A stretch of DNA of 64,000 nucleotides from Phoronis australis (lineage: Eukaryota > Animalia > Phoronida): NCBI GenBank assembly GCA_002633005.1, contig NMRA01000512.1, forward strand, positions 66,540 through 130,539, written 5' to 3'. Below are positions 62,107 through 64,000 of this stretch, in pieces (position 1 is the first letter of the stretch; every line of letters starts with the position of its first letter). A program made the position numbers and the translations under genes. The notes under the pieces were generated by a model that saw nothing but the letters and a program-made list of their open reading frames with translations, was not told where the DNA came from and searched no databases.

Positions 62107-62900
62107 TTATATTTTTATGCGCCCACATATTTATATGTGGACGCGTTATAAAATTTTGAAGTCTCCTCTGAATACATTTTACAGCTTTTAATGCCCTGGG
62201 CACAATTAGGTAACTGGAAAATTGTGGTGAGGGGTAATCCTGAACAAGCAATTCAGCCTAGCGTGTCGGGATTAACATCCAATAAAATGGGACAGTGCAG
62301 TTATTTTCCCCACCTGAATAAGCCAAAGTGGTCTTGAAAGTGGTTGCTCTTTATTCACAAAGGGAAGGGAACACCTGTGATGCGAGTGCTTCATGTCGTA
62401 CGAGACTGGCATTCCCCCGCTAAGACATAAGCACTCTCTTGAAAGTGTTTCGTGTCGATATGGGATTGGGTGTGGGTGTTAAGGGGCTCGCAGGTGGACA
62501 TGGGCATTAACCTGGACCGATGTAGTACCTGTGCCAGTAACGATTGCATTTTATTTGTTCAATTTTAATTATATCTGACTGCAGCACTTTGACAAACTAA
62601 CATGTCAGGAACTCCTTCATATATCTACATCGTCCATGTTAACACTGGAATGTACATTCTTTCTTTTTTAGTCTTGTATCAGAATTTGGTGTTAATACTG
62701 GAGATGAAGACGCAAAAGGTATGATTGTGAGCTCGCATAGGCGAGTAACAATGTCTTACTGATTTATATTGAAGTGAGTAATTTAAGTAGTTAAGTGTTG
62801 GAGAATTGTGTGTTGGTATAAGGTTCTTGTATGGGTTGCTTAATCATCGCTGATGTTAGCTCAAAATGAGGCTGCGTACCCTAAGTAGGTCCAACCACTT

Positions 62901-62972
62901 AGCCAATGATGAACGTTATCCCTGTCTGACGATATATTCTGGAGTCAAAGTGAATTCCTCGTTTCTGAGGTT
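62901..62972 (+). ncRNA. SNORD1: Dual-guide box C/D snoRNA, snR38/SNORD1-like plus an 18S guide
   Basis: C ATGATGA 62906; D' guide GTTATCCCTGT-CTGA (28S ACAGGGAUAAC); D guide GAATTCCTCGTT-T-CTGA (18S AACGAGGAAUUC); stem agcc/ggtt. Confidence 0.88.
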
Positions 62973-63820
62973 TGTGGTGGATGCAGGTGGGCGACGGGTT
63001 TCGCTTTGCTAAGTAATGAAAGCTCTGACGGAACCCAAGATTGTGTCGATTGACATTTAGCGTTGTGGAATGTGTTTACACTCGAGTGTCCTTGAGTATT
63101 ACAGAGGTATACAGCTATGACTTAGTTTTACTTTCCTTTTCTTTTAGACTCTGCTTGTGCAAATCATGCCAGCGATCTGCAGACTGAATTGGTATGTATT
63201 GTGTTGTTGGTGCATGCATTTTTGTTCTTCATCTTAAGAGCAACTTACAAACGAGAGGTTCTTGCATAATTTGGATCCAACTGAATGGATAAATTTTATC
63301 CTAGTGCAAGTCTGATCTGAAGGGTCAGCTTCTGGAGTTGAAATAGGTTCTGCGGAAGTTGTAAAGAAATAAGAGTGGTGTTATGCAAGTTTTAGTCTAG
63401 TCTTATTTCCTTACGGCCAACAGGGTAGTTTTTAGAGGTACTTTTAGTCATTAATGTTAGTGGTTTGCTTTCTTAGTTCATAATATCTGAACAATGTGGC
63501 TTTTGCACTTACGGTCTCTGTACTCGGTGCATTTTGAGTTAGAGAATATCGCCCAATCTGGTAATCACAGCCACATGGTTTAAATCAGACAAATGTAGCG
63601 GAAACTGTGAACTATGGAATGCACTTGCTCACATATCTAAACAACAATCCAGGGCTCTTACAATTTCTGAATGAAAATCACAAGTGTCCTGGTGTGAGTG
63701 CAGTCTCATAGTTGCAGCTTATCATAGTCAAATGAGTACGCATTATAATAGGATAATTGGCATGTCAGCTGACCTCGCCTAGTGCAGGACAAGGGTTAAG
63801 TAGCCTGTGTTTGTCCTTGG

Positions 63821-63907
63821 ATGCTTGTTATGATGATATTTTCCCCAACTGATCGATATATGCAGATCTTGTGCTATTACCAAGCCAGAACAAATCTGAA
63901 CAAGCAT
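63821..63907 (+). ncRNA. SNORD12: Box C/D snoRNA, SNORD12-like
   Basis: C ATGATGA; TTTTCCCC.. + D' CTGATCGA (28S GGGGAAAG); AAGCCAG near D CTGA as in vertebrate SNORD12; 9-bp stem atgcttgtt/aacaagcat; 77 nt upstream of acceptor 63984. Confidence 0.75.
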
Positions 63908-64000
63908 ATCATTTCCATATGAACCATGGTATGTTTCATAGGGCCTCTATTGTCTCTCTGACTTAACAAACTCTTGTGTTACAGGTCTTGTGATCTGCTG

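Larger units (their letters stand above)
54410..64000 (+). ncRNA. Putative non-coding snoRNA host gene (GAS5/SNHG-like), runs off the window end
   Basis: Short GT-AG-flanked exons with no coherent ORF (55812-55859, 56319-56436, 57919-57963, 61881-61941 [=61246-61306], ~62672/62683-62718, 63148-63191, 63985-) alternate with same-strand C/D snoRNAs, several of them ~70-100 nt upstream of acceptors. Candidate TCT/TOP-like start ctcttt at 54410 follows an ETS motif CGGAAGT; YY1-like AAATGGCG at ~54480. The TSS is inferred. Confidence 0.7.

Overview
Intron-rich, AT-rich animal (invertebrate-type) genomic scaffold with two N-gaps. I reconstructed four complete spliced genes by hand: flotillin-1 (+, 2716-13388, 11 exons), GTF3C5/TFIIIC63 (-, 26047-15099, 9 exons), SKIV2L/Ski2 helicase (+, 26245-45509, 23 exons, head-to-head with GTF3C5) and BiP/HSPA5 (-, 52795-48391, KDEL end, ERSE-like promoter). 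The ORF track shows nothing real from ~54.4 kb to the end. The sequence there looks like a non-coding, multi-exon snoRNA host gene transcribed divergently from BiP, with intronic box C/D snoRNAs: U14, SNORD76-like, SNORD79-like, a dual-guide snR38/SNORD1 + snR57-type RNA, SNORD12-like, and two orphan candidates. The human counterparts of these loci lie in MHC-paralogon regions (6p21, 9q33-34, 1q25). Several tandem repeats copy real splice donors. Segment 60018-61606 looks like the other haplotype of the flanking region rather than a true duplication. Many MITEs, SINE remnants and a broken THAP element are present. All homology calls come from recalled sequences and motifs, not database searches.
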